Source of the DNA: an uncultured bacterium
Lineage (GTDB): Bacteria; Chloroflexota; Limnocylindria; Limnocylindrales; Limnocylindraceae
NCBI GenBank assembly: GCA_963923845.1
Contig: CAWULR010000001.1
Span: 1-61,933 of the forward strand
DNA length: 61,933 nt
Direction of reading: 5' to 3'
The first letter of the stretch is position 1; every line of letters begins with the position of its first letter. The position numbers were made by a program, and so were the translations under genes. Shown piece by piece: positions 51,141 through 59,456 of the stretch. Below the pieces are notes generated by a model. The model was not told the DNA's origin, ran no database searches, and saw only the letters and a program-made list of their open reading frames with translations.

Positions 51141-51146
51141 GGGGAG

Positions 51147-51154
51147 AGTATCCT
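51147..51154. promoter_or_regulatory. Back-to-back -10-like hexamers: GATACT (minus, 6 nt before deoC ATG) overlapping TATCCT (plus, toward add)
   Basis: The plus strand reads agtatcct at 51147-51154. The minus-strand reading is AGGATACT, followed by ctcccc and ATG (51140). Confidence 0.3.
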
Positions 51155-51191
51155 CTGCGCATGACGATGAAGCAAGCGGAGCGGTGACGCG

Positions 51192-52298
51192 ATGACCGTT
51201 CGTGATCGCAGTGGAACGGAACCCCGCGTCGCGCGAGCCGAACCGCACTTCGCGCGCGCGGACGACGACCTTCGTCTCTTGGCGGATATGCCGAAGCCAG
51301 AGCTGCACCTTCATCTCGACGGCTCGCTCGATCCGGAGCTGGCGCTCGAGCTGGCCAGGACTCGCGGCGTCGACGCCCCGCGCGATTGGAGTGGCATGCG
51401 TGCGGCGCTCGTCGCTCCAGAACGATGCGCCGACCAGGCGGACCTGCTGCGCGCGTTCGACCTGCCGATCGCCTTGCTGCAGGATGCGGAGGCGTTGGAG
51501 CGGGCAGCGGACCGCCTCGTCCGCGAGAAGGCGGCGGAACGGGTGACCTACATGGAGCTGCGCTGGGGTCCGCATCTGCACACGGCGAAGGGGCTGACGC
51601 AGCGCCAGGTGATCGCCGCCGTTGCCACGGGGGCGAGCAACGCCGCAGCGGCGTGCGGCGTCGACGTCCGCTTGATCGTCACGGCGCTCCGCTCGCACGG
51701 TGTCGAGGAGAATCGCGCGCTCGCCGCCGCCGCCGTTGCGGCCCAGGATCTCGGCGTCGTCGCCTTCGATCTCGCGGGGCGCGAGGCCGAAGTTCCGGAT
51801 CCGCTCATCTTCGCGAGCGCGTTCGATACGGCGCGCGACGGTGGCCTCGCGATCACGTTGCACGCGGGCGAGTGGGGCGGGGCGGCCCAGGTGCGACGCG
51901 CGCTCGCCGTCGATCCTGCGCGGATCGCGCACGGTGCCGTCGCCGCGGAGGATCCGGCGCTCTGCGAGGAGCTCATCGCCCGCAACGTCGTGCTCGACCT
52001 CTGCCCGACGAGCAACGTGCAGGCGGCCATCGTTCCCGGATACGGCGACTTCCCGGTCCTTGCCCTCCACCGTCGGGGCGTTCGCATCACCCTGAACACC
52101 GACGACCGCGTGGTCAGCGACCTCACCCTGAGCGAGGAGTACGGACGTGTCCGACGCCGGCTCGGTGCCCCTGTAACAGAACTCCTCGAGATCGCTCGGT
52201 CGGGCTATCTCGCCTCGTTTGCGCCCCCGCCGCTCCGCGACGCCCTCCTGCAGCGCTTCGACGGTTGGGTAGAGGCGCACCTCCCGGCCCAGAAGTAG
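51192..52298 (+). CDS. add: Adenosine deaminase
   Basis: PKPELHLHLDGS, ITLHAGE, RITLNTDD. Confidence 0.9.
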   Translation: MTVRDRSGTEPRVARAEPHFARADDDLRLLADMPKPELHLHLDGSLDPELALELARTRGVDAPRDWSGMRAALVAPERCADQADLLRAFDLPIALLQDAEALERAADRLVREKAAERVTYMELRWGPHLHTAKGLTQRQVIAAVATGASNAAAACGVDVRLIVTALRSHGVEENRALAAAAVAAQDLGVVAFDLAGREAEVPDPLIFASAFDTARDGGLAITLHAGEWGGAAQVRRALAVDPARIAHGAVAAEDPALCEELIARNVVLDLCPTSNVQAAIVPGYGDFPVLALHRRGVRITLNTDDRVVSDLTLSEEYGRVRRRLGAPVTELLEIARSGYLASFAPPPLRDALLQRFDGWVEAHLPAQK

Positions 52299-52449
52299 CT
52301 CCCGCGCCCCTTGCGGTCGACGAACGAGGGGAACCTGAGCGCAAGTCAGGGGGGAATGAGGCAGAATGCCGCCAGAGGCCAGCACAGTGCTGGCCCGCCT
52401 GTGGTGCGCTGCGCCAGGGCAAGCAGTAATAGCGGAGGGCAACTAAGAG

Positions 52450-53553
52450 ATGAAGACGCGATTGTTCGCGATCCTCACCGTGTTGATGCTCGTCGCCGCC
52501 GCCTGCGGTGGATCGACGGCCTCAACAGCACCGTCGGCCTCTGTGGACGCTGGCAAGAGCGACTACAAGGCCTGCCTCGCACTCGACGTGGGAGGCATCG
52601 GTGACAAGAGCTTCAACGACTCGGCCTACGAAGGCCTGCTTGAGGCGCAGAAGGCCGGATACGCAACGCAGTACAGCGAGGCGAAGACCGGTGCCGACTA
52701 CGCCGCCAACATCCAGCTCCTGATCGACGAAGGGTGCAAGAGCATCATCGTCGTCGGGTTCAGCCAGGGTGAGGCAGTGGTCGCCGCGACGACGGCAAAC
52801 CCGGACATTGCGTTTGCATGGGTCGACTCGACCTGGGCCGACGCCAACGTGCCGGCCAACTTCACCGGTCTCGACTTCCAGATCGACCAGGGCTCGATGC
52901 TCGCCGGCTATCTCGCCGCGACGATCTCGACCTCGAAGAAGCTCGGAGTCTTCGGTGGACAGCCGTTCGCCGGCGTGACGCGCTTCATGGATGGTTGGGT
53001 CGCCGGTGCGAACTACTACGCGCAGGAGACCGGCACGGCAGTCGAAGTGCTCGGATGGGATGCGGTCAAGCAGACCGGTACCTTCGCTCCGAGCGATAAC
53101 CCGTGGGGGAACAAGGAGTTCGGCAAGTCGACTGCCGAGCAGTTCATGAGCCAGGGTGCCGATGTCGTGCATCCGGTCGCCGGCCAGACTGGCGAGGGTA
53201 CGTATGAGGCGATGCTCGCAGCGGGCAAGTACTCGGTTGGCGTGGACGCCGACCAGTGCCTGACGCTGCCGGACTATTGCGGCACGCTCCTGACCTCGGC
53301 GATGAAGCTGATCGGGCCAGTCGTGTTCGCAACGATCGAGAAGAACTATTCGGGTGACCTGGGTGGCGAGAACCTCACGGGTACGCTCGAGAACGGCGGC
53401 GTGGGCATTGCTCCGCTCGACCGCACCGAGGAGGCCTGGACGGCAACGTTCGGCAGCCTGGTGACCGCAGACGTCATCGCGAAGGTCGACGCCCTCAAGG
53501 CGAAGATCATCAGCGGCGAAGTCAAGGTTTCGGACTACTTCACGAGCAAGTAG
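52450..53553 (+). CDS. BMP-family (PnrA/Med-like) nucleoside ABC substrate-binding lipoprotein
   Basis: Signal plus AAAC lipobox (LMLVAAACGGS). GGIGDKSFNDSAYEG is the BMP-family signature. Confidence 0.85.
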   Translation: MKTRLFAILTVLMLVAAACGGSTASTAPSASVDAGKSDYKACLALDVGGIGDKSFNDSAYEGLLEAQKAGYATQYSEAKTGADYAANIQLLIDEGCKSIIVVGFSQGEAVVAATTANPDIAFAWVDSTWADANVPANFTGLDFQIDQGSMLAGYLAATISTSKKLGVFGGQPFAGVTRFMDGWVAGANYYAQETGTAVEVLGWDAVKQTGTFAPSDNPWGNKEFGKSTAEQFMSQGADVVHPVAGQTGEGTYEAMLAAGKYSVGVDADQCLTLPDYCGTLLTSAMKLIGPVVFATIEKNYSGDLGGENLTGTLENGGVGIAPLDRTEEAWTATFGSLVTADVIAKVDALKAKIISGEVKVSDYFTSK

Positions 53554-53559
53554 TCGCAC

Positions 53560-53621
53560 GTCCTGGTGCCGTCTGGCAGCAGGACACCTGTGGTTGGCCC
53601 CGGCGAGCGATCGCCGGGGCC
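53560..53621 (+). terminator. Two consecutive strong hairpins between the binding-protein gene and the ATPase gene (intra-operon attenuator or stabiliser)
   Basis: Hairpin 1 at 53560-53585: GTCCTGGTGCC-GTCT-GGCAGCAGGAC, 10 bp with one mismatch. Hairpin 2 at 53596-53621: GGCCCCGGCG-AGCGAT-CGCCGGGGCC, 10 bp perfect. Confidence 0.5.
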
Positions 53622-53677
53622 GATCGCAGGCGATCGTCACGACGTCCGTCCGCACCGCTGAGAGACAGGAGCTGCAC

Positions 53678-55192
53678 GTGTCGTTGCGCTTGGAGCTACG
53701 GGAGATCACCAAACAGTTCCCCGGTGTGCTCGCAAACGACCGCGTCTCGATCCAGGTCGAGCGCGGAAAGGTGCTCGGGCTGCTCGGCGAAAACGGCGCG
53801 GGCAAGTCGACGCTGATGAACATCCTTTCGGGGATCTATCGACCGGACAGCGGCAGCATCATCGTCGACGGCGAACGTCGCACCTTCAAGGATCCTGCCG
53901 AAGCGATCGGCGCCGGCATCGGCATGGTCCACCAGCACTTCATGCTAGTCCCCGTATTCGACGTCGTGGAGTCGGTCGCGCTCGGCGCCGAGACCTCGCG
54001 CGGCCCGCTCGGCACCTTCGATCGCGCCGCCGCTCGCGCCAAGATCGTCGACCTCTCCAAGCGCTACGGGCTGAGTGTCGACCCCGACGCCAAGATCGAA
54101 TCGCTCCCGGTCGGTGTGCGCCAGCGCGTGGAGATCCTCAAAGCGCTCTATCGACAGAGCGACGTGCTCGTCTTGGACGAACCGTCGGCGGTCCTCACTC
54201 CCCAGGAGACCGAAGAGCTCTTCGAGATCATCCGCGGCCTTGCCGCGGCCGGGACGTCGATCATCTTCATCACCCACAAGCTCCACGAGGTGCTCGAGGT
54301 CGCCGACACGATTACCGTACTGCGACGCGGGAAGGTCGTCGGCACGGTGAAGCCCAAGGAGACCGATCCGAAGGGTCTCGCGGAGATGATGGTTGGACGC
54401 GAAGTCCAACTCACCGTCGAACGCGGCAAGGCGAAGGTGGGAGCGGTGGCGCTCAGCCTGGAGAAGGTCAACGTCCTGAACGCTGTCGGCGAAGCCGCCG
54501 TCACCAACGTCGATCTGGACATTCGCGCCGGCGAGATCGTGGCGGTCGCTGGCGTTCAAGGCAACGGGCAGACGGAACTCGTGGAAGCGATCACCGGTCT
54601 TCGGCCGGTGGACAGCGGCGCGATGACGCTGCTCGGCGAGAGCATCGTCGGCGCGACGCCGCGGCAGATCGCAGATGCCGGCGTGGCGCACATTCCGGAG
54701 GACCGCAGCCGAGACGGCATGATCAAGGGGATGACCGTCGCGGAGAACCTGATGCTGAACTCCTATCACCGCGCACCCAACAGCTCAGGCATCACGCTGA
54801 ACAGGTCTGCAATCGAGGCGTCGGCGGAGAAGATCGTGAAAGATTTCGATGTGCGTACGCCCTCGATCCACACGGACATCGCCAGCCTCTCGGGTGGAAA
54901 CCAGCAGAAGGTCATCGTCGGACGGGAATTCTCTCGCAGCGTCAAGCTCGTCGTTGCCGCGCAACCGACGCGCGGACTCGACGTCGGATCGATCGAGTAC
55001 ATCCACAAGCGCATCGTCGAACAGCGCGATGCCGGCGCCGCCGTGCTCATCGTCAGCACGGAACTCGACGAGGTCTTGGCGCTCGGCGATCGGATCGCGG
55101 TGATGTTCGAGGGACGGATCGTCGGAGTCCTCGACGCCAAGGAGGCGACGCGCGAGCGGGTCGGCCTCTTGATGGGCGGAGCATCCGCATGA
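53678..55192 (+). CDS. ABC transporter ATP-binding protein, duplicated ATPase (nucleoside/sugar importer type)
   Basis: GTG 53678 has an AGGAG SD 6 nt upstream. First Walker A GENGAGKST. Second half GVQGNGQTEL and LSGGNQQKV. Confidence 0.85.
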   Translation: MSLRLELREITKQFPGVLANDRVSIQVERGKVLGLLGENGAGKSTLMNILSGIYRPDSGSIIVDGERRTFKDPAEAIGAGIGMVHQHFMLVPVFDVVESVALGAETSRGPLGTFDRAAARAKIVDLSKRYGLSVDPDAKIESLPVGVRQRVEILKALYRQSDVLVLDEPSAVLTPQETEELFEIIRGLAAAGTSIIFITHKLHEVLEVADTITVLRRGKVVGTVKPKETDPKGLAEMMVGREVQLTVERGKAKVGAVALSLEKVNVLNAVGEAAVTNVDLDIRAGEIVAVAGVQGNGQTELVEAITGLRPVDSGAMTLLGESIVGATPRQIADAGVAHIPEDRSRDGMIKGMTVAENLMLNSYHRAPNSSGITLNRSAIEASAEKIVKDFDVRTPSIHTDIASLSGGNQQKVIVGREFSRSVKLVVAAQPTRGLDVGSIEYIHKRIVEQRDAGAAVLIVSTELDEVLALGDRIAVMFEGRIVGVLDAKEATRERVGLLMGGASA

Positions 55193-56382
55193 AGCGAATC
55201 AGCGGGCTGCTCTCCGCCGCACGGCTCCCTGCGCTGTCGATCGTCGTTGCACTGCTCGTGGGCGGCGTGGTCATCATCTTGAGCGATCTCGAGGTTCTGG
55301 CGATGCTGCCGACCAACCCCATCGGCGCGCTCGGCGAGGGAATCGGGCGCGTCGGTGCCGCGTATTCCGCGCTGCTGCGCGGTGCGTTCGGCAATCCGGA
55401 GCGCATCGCCGAAGCGCTGAGCTCTGGGAGCGCGGCCGAACTGGCGCGCGCCGCTCGTCCGATCACCGAGAGCCTCTTGAAGTCGATCCCGCTCATGTTC
55501 GTCGGACTCGGGGTCTCCGTGGCCTTCCGGTCGGGTGTCTTCAACATCGGAGGCGAGGGTCAGTTCCTCATGGGGGGACTCGGTGCGACGACCGCAGCGA
55601 TCGTGCTCGGTGGGGCCGGACTCCCGGCGCCGATCGTCATCGTCGGCACGATCGCGGCGGGGGCGCTGCTCGGTGCAGCGTGGGGCTTCATCCCCGGGTT
55701 CCTCAAGGTCCGAGCGGGTTCGAGCGAAGTGATCACGACGATCATGCTCAACTACATCGCCGGACTCTTCATCTTCTTCCTGTTGTCGAACTGGACCCTG
55801 ATCCAACGCGAGGACGGCACGCAACCGATCTCCAAGGCGCTCGCCGACTACATCGTGATCCCCGGGATCTTGCCGATTCCCGAACTTCGACTGCATCTCG
55901 GCTTCATCGTGGCGCTCGTCGCCGCCGGCGTCGTCAGCTGGTTCCTCTTCCGGACGACACGCGGGTTCGAGCTGCGCGCCGCAGGGCTGAATGTCGACGC
56001 GGCCCGCTATGCGGGCATGGGCGCATCGAGCTCGATCATGGCGGCGATGGCCATTTCGGGTGCGCTCGCCGGGATGGGCGGCGCGTTCGAGGTGACGGGC
56101 ACGATCAAGCAGTTCTCCACCGTCGTCTCCGGCGGCGTCGGGTTCACGGCGATCGCCATCGCGCTCGTCGGCGGCACGCGTCCGAGCGGTGTCGTCGTCA
56201 CGGCGCTCGTCTTCGGAGCGCTGCGCAACGGTGGCGGGTTGATGGGGCTCGAGACCTCGATTCCGATCGATCTCCTCTTCTTCATCCAGGCCCTCGTGAT
56301 CATGTTCATCGCGGCCCCGAACCTGACCGCACGCATCATCCGCATGCCGTTCAGGCGGCAGACGAAGGGAGCACCGTCATGA
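55189..56382 (+). CDS. ABC transporter permease (BMP-type importer)
   Basis: ATGA overlap. Polytopic. FNIGGEGQFLMG is typical of this permease family. Confidence 0.8.
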   Translation: MKRISGLLSAARLPALSIVVALLVGGVVIILSDLEVLAMLPTNPIGALGEGIGRVGAAYSALLRGAFGNPERIAEALSSGSAAELARAARPITESLLKSIPLMFVGLGVSVAFRSGVFNIGGEGQFLMGGLGATTAAIVLGGAGLPAPIVIVGTIAAGALLGAAWGFIPGFLKVRAGSSEVITTIMLNYIAGLFIFFLLSNWTLIQREDGTQPISKALADYIVIPGILPIPELRLHLGFIVALVAAGVVSWFLFRTTRGFELRAAGLNVDAARYAGMGASSSIMAAMAISGALAGMGGAFEVTGTIKQFSTVVSGGVGFTAIAIALVGGTRPSGVVVTALVFGALRNGGGLMGLETSIPIDLLFFIQALVIMFIAAPNLTARIIRMPFRRQTKGAPS

Positions 56383-57662
56383 CCAAGCGATCTGCCGCTG
56401 CCGAGACGTCGGTGCGTGCGATGGGCGCCGAGGAGCTCAAGGCGCTCCGGGGCGCGCGGATTCGAGCCGTCCTATTCGCGCTCTTCTCGCTGGCGGCGTT
56501 CGCCGCCGCGTCGGCCAACGGCGCCACGGTAGCCAACCTGTCGCTCTGGCTCGACAAGATCGGCGGCACAGACCTTCTCATCGCCTTCCCGGTCTCGATT
56601 GTCTGGATCGCTGCCGGCCTCGTGCTCGGTGCCGTGGCGGCCATCCAGTACCGACGAGGCGGCGGCTATCGCTGGCGCATCGGATTCGCGGCAGCGTCAC
56701 CGCTGCTCGTGTTGGCGATCTTCACCACGCTCCTCTCTGGCACTCCGGCGAACCTGACCGTGCTCTTCACCGGGACGTTCAACTACGCGGGTCCTGTCGC
56801 CATCGGCGCGCTCGCCGGGATCATCTCCGAGCGCAGCGGAATCTTGAACATCGCGATCGAAGGGAAGTTCCTCCTCGGTGCGCTCGCAGGGGCGGTGGCC
56901 TCGAGCATCTTCGGCGTGGCGGTCGCCGGCCCGATTGCCGGTGCGCTGCTCGGCGCGTTGGTCGGACTGCTGCTCGCACTGCTCGGCCTCCGCTACAAGG
57001 TCGATCAGATCGTGGCGGGGACGGTGATCAATCTCGGCGCGGCCGGCATCACGACCTTCATCTATCTGCGAGTGCTGCAGGTGCACAGCGAGTTCAACAA
57101 CCCCGTGAGCATCCTCCCGCTGAAGATCCCGCTCCTCGGCGACATTCCGATCATCGGCAACATCTTCTTCACGCTGAGTCCGTATGCCTATGCCGCGGTC
57201 ATCTTGATCGCCTTCTTCACCTACATGCTCTTCCGTACGAGATGGGGTCTCCGCCTGCGTGCCAGCGGTGAGATGCCCGCGGCTGCGGGCACCGTCGGCG
57301 TCGATGTCATGAAGCTCCGCTATCGGGCGATGATCCTCGCCGGTGCGCTCGCAGGCTTCGCGGGTTCGTATCTTGCGCTCGGCGGAACCGGCGGATTCGG
57401 CATGGGAATCTCGGCGGGTCGCGGATTCATCGCGTTGGCGGCCCTGATCTTCGGAGCGTGGAAGCCGTGGAACGCGCTCGGAGCGGCCCTGATCTTCGGA
57501 TTCGCTGAGGCGGCGTCGACGCTGCTTTCGATCCTCGGCGTCGGCCTTCCACCCCAGGTGCTGCTCGCCGTCCCGTATGTGATGACGATCATCGTCGTTG
57601 CCGGCCTCATCGGCCGAGTGCGCGGGCCGGCATCTGCAGGGCGTCCGTACGAACAAGGGTAG
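56379..57662 (+). CDS. ABC transporter permease (BMP-type importer, second subunit)
   Basis: In-frame ATG 56379 in ORF 55680..57662 (ATGA overlap). LNIAIEGKFLLGA motif. Polytopic. Confidence 0.8.
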   Translation: MTKRSAAAETSVRAMGAEELKALRGARIRAVLFALFSLAAFAAASANGATVANLSLWLDKIGGTDLLIAFPVSIVWIAAGLVLGAVAAIQYRRGGGYRWRIGFAAASPLLVLAIFTTLLSGTPANLTVLFTGTFNYAGPVAIGALAGIISERSGILNIAIEGKFLLGALAGAVASSIFGVAVAGPIAGALLGALVGLLLALLGLRYKVDQIVAGTVINLGAAGITTFIYLRVLQVHSEFNNPVSILPLKIPLLGDIPIIGNIFFTLSPYAYAAVILIAFFTYMLFRTRWGLRLRASGEMPAAAGTVGVDVMKLRYRAMILAGALAGFAGSYLALGGTGGFGMGISAGRGFIALAALIFGAWKPWNALGAALIFGFAEAASTLLSILGVGLPPQVLLAVPYVMTIIVVAGLIGRVRGPASAGRPYEQG

Positions 57663-57689
57663 GCGCGTGATCGCGCTCGCAGTGCCGAG

Positions 57690-58721
57690 ATGAGCGGGGA
57701 GACCCCGCGAATCGGCTGGCCGACCTTCCACCACGCCGAGCTTTCGCCGCGTCGGGCGCCGTACGGCACCGTCGACGCGCCGCTGCCGATCATCGTCGAC
57801 AGCGACCCCGGACTTGATGATGCGCTCGCGATCGCGCTGGCCGTCGCACGTCCTGAGCTTCGCCTGCTTGCGGTGACGAGCGTCGGCGGGAACGCGGACG
57901 TGCACCACTGCACGGAAAACGCGCTCCGGCTGCTCCACCTCTACGGAGACGACGACACTCCCGTGGCCGAAGGGGCGGTCGGTCCGCTCGCCGGACCGCT
58001 CGAACGGGCTACGGAGGTGCACGGTGAGAACGGGCTTGGCAGGACGAAGTTGGCACCGGCGCGCCGTGCCGCCGAACCGGAGGGCGCGGTCAGCCTGATG
58101 GCCCGCCTCATCGCCGAATCTCCAGAGCCTGTCGCCCTCGTGCCGATCGGGCCGTTGACGAACATCGCGCTCCTGATTCGCGGGTTTCCGCACCTCGCAC
58201 CGAAGATCGCGCACATCTGCCTGATGGGCGGTTCGATCGGCGAAGGGAACTCATCGGCGTCGGCAGAGTTCAACATCTACGCCGATCCCACGGCGGCCGA
58301 TGTGGTGTTCAACAGCGGCCTTCCCATCACGATGATCGGACTCGATGTGACGCACCACGCAACGTTGGACCGCCGCATCCTGAAGAGGCTCGCGGCCCTG
58401 CCTGGAGCCTCGGCGAAGGTTGCCGCCGAGGTGCTCGAGTTTGCATTCGAACGTTCGGCGGCATGGGGTCAAGGGGAGAGGATGGCGATCCACGACGCCG
58501 TCGCCGTGTTGCACCTTGCGCTGCCCGACCTCGTCGGCGTTGCGCGATACCACGTGACCGTCGACGCAACGTCGGGCCCAGCGCGCGGGCGAACGATCGG
58601 CGATGCCAGCCCCTATCGTCTCGCGCGCGATCGGCGCGAGGCCGCCTGCGATGTCGGACTCACCATCGATCCGGTTCGCTTTGCCGACCTCATCGTGGAG
58701 GCGTACGCCGAGCTCCCCTAA
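57690..58721 (+). CDS. Nucleoside hydrolase (IUNH family)
   Basis: IIVDSDPGLDDALAIALA (DxDxxxDD fingerprint), EFNIYADP, AIHDAVAV. Confidence 0.85.
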   Translation: MSGETPRIGWPTFHHAELSPRRAPYGTVDAPLPIIVDSDPGLDDALAIALAVARPELRLLAVTSVGGNADVHHCTENALRLLHLYGDDDTPVAEGAVGPLAGPLERATEVHGENGLGRTKLAPARRAAEPEGAVSLMARLIAESPEPVALVPIGPLTNIALLIRGFPHLAPKIAHICLMGGSIGEGNSSASAEFNIYADPTAADVVFNSGLPITMIGLDVTHHATLDRRILKRLAALPGASAKVAAEVLEFAFERSAAWGQGERMAIHDAVAVLHLALPDLVGVARYHVTVDATSGPARGRTIGDASPYRLARDRREAACDVGLTIDPVRFADLIVEAYAELP

Positions 58722-58742
58722 GTCGCGACGGCGCCGTGGCGG

Positions 58743-59258
58743 TTACGGCGTCGTCGGCTGCGACGGCACCATCGTCCGGCGAGAGAGCACCCGCCGGCGC
58801 AGGTCGTCGAGGATGCCGGGGATCGCCGTGGAGATCTCCTGCTCCGTGCGTTCGTATGCAGAGATCGGATGCCCCCACGGGTCGGCCAGGTCGCTGCCCG
58901 TCGACGCCGGATCGAAGTCGCGAATCAGGCAGATCTCGGTGTGGCCTTGGTCGTTTCCGATAAGCGCTCGAGCGTCTCGTAGGTTCCAGCGATCGGCGGC
59001 GAGGATCAGATCCTGTGCGCGTGCGATCGCCTCGGTGAGCTGGCGTGCGCGGTGCGCGGTCCGGAGCCCGCGGCGGGACAGGAGGCTGGCACTGTGTTCG
59101 TGCATCCCTTCGCCCTCGTGCTCGTCGGATGTGCCTGCGCTCGTGACGGCCACCTGCGATGCGAGCTGCGGGTCCGAGCGGACCGCCGCCTCGAGGAGCA
59201 CCTCGGCGAGCGGGGAGCGGCAGATGTTTCCGTGGCAGAGCAGCAGCACCTGGAGCAT
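58743..59258 (-). CDS. Low-molecular-weight protein-tyrosine phosphatase
   Basis: P-loop LLLCHGNICRSP (CX5R) and a DPWG acid loop. 171 aa. Confidence 0.85.
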   Translation of the reverse strand: MLQVLLLCHGNICRSPLAEVLLEAAVRSDPQLASQVAVTSAGTSDEHEGEGMHEHSASLLSRRGLRTAHRARQLTEAIARAQDLILAADRWNLRDARALIGNDQGHTEICLIRDFDPASTGSDLADPWGHPISAYERTEQEISTAIPGILDDLRRRVLSRRTMVPSQPTTP

Positions 59259-59324
59259 GAAGTGAGACTACCTGAGCAGCGCTGCGGCACAGCGAGCGGC
59301 GGTGCGCCAGAGGCGTGAGTTCGG

Positions 59325-59330
59325 TATCCT
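59325..59330 (+). promoter_or_regulatory. -10-like TATCCT 15 nt upstream of tRNA-Met
   Basis: TATCCT at 59325-59330. It is the same hexamer as before tRNA-Lys. Confidence 0.3.
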
Positions 59331-59345
59331 GTGGGCAGCGTTCTC

Positions 59346-59420
59346 GGCGGGGTAGCTCACCGGTAGAGCAGGGGATTCATAAGCCCTTGGTAGCAGGTTC
59401 GATTCCTGCCCTCGCTACCA
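59346..59420 (+). tRNA. tRNA with CAU anticodon (elongator Met, or Ile2 if lysidine-modified), CCA encoded
   Basis: Hand-folded. Acceptor GGCGGGG/CCTCGCT (two G-U pairs), D arm GCTC-ACCGGTA-GAGC, anticodon loop TTCATAA, T arm GCAGG-TTCGATT-CCTGC, then ACCA. There is an A31-G39 mismatch. It lacks the initiator features (1-72 mismatch, three GC pairs at 29-31). Confidence 0.8.
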
Positions 59421-59456
59421 ACGCCCTTCGCGATCGAAGAGCAGAGGAGGTTCCGG

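Noticed and set aside
50205-52442. 745-aa minus-strand ORF suggesting a giant DeoC fusion
   Set aside because: Only the last 311 aa (from ATG 51140) are DeoC-like. The upstream part is antisense to the adenosine deaminase gene and compositionally non-coding.
52299-52449. ZTP (pfl) or c-di-GMP-I riboswitch in the BMP operon leader
   Set aside because: There are only fragmentary resemblances (CCGCCTGTGG versus the ZTP CCGCCUGGGC; GCCAGGGCAAGC versus the GEMM ACAGGGCAAAC). The partner elements are missing.
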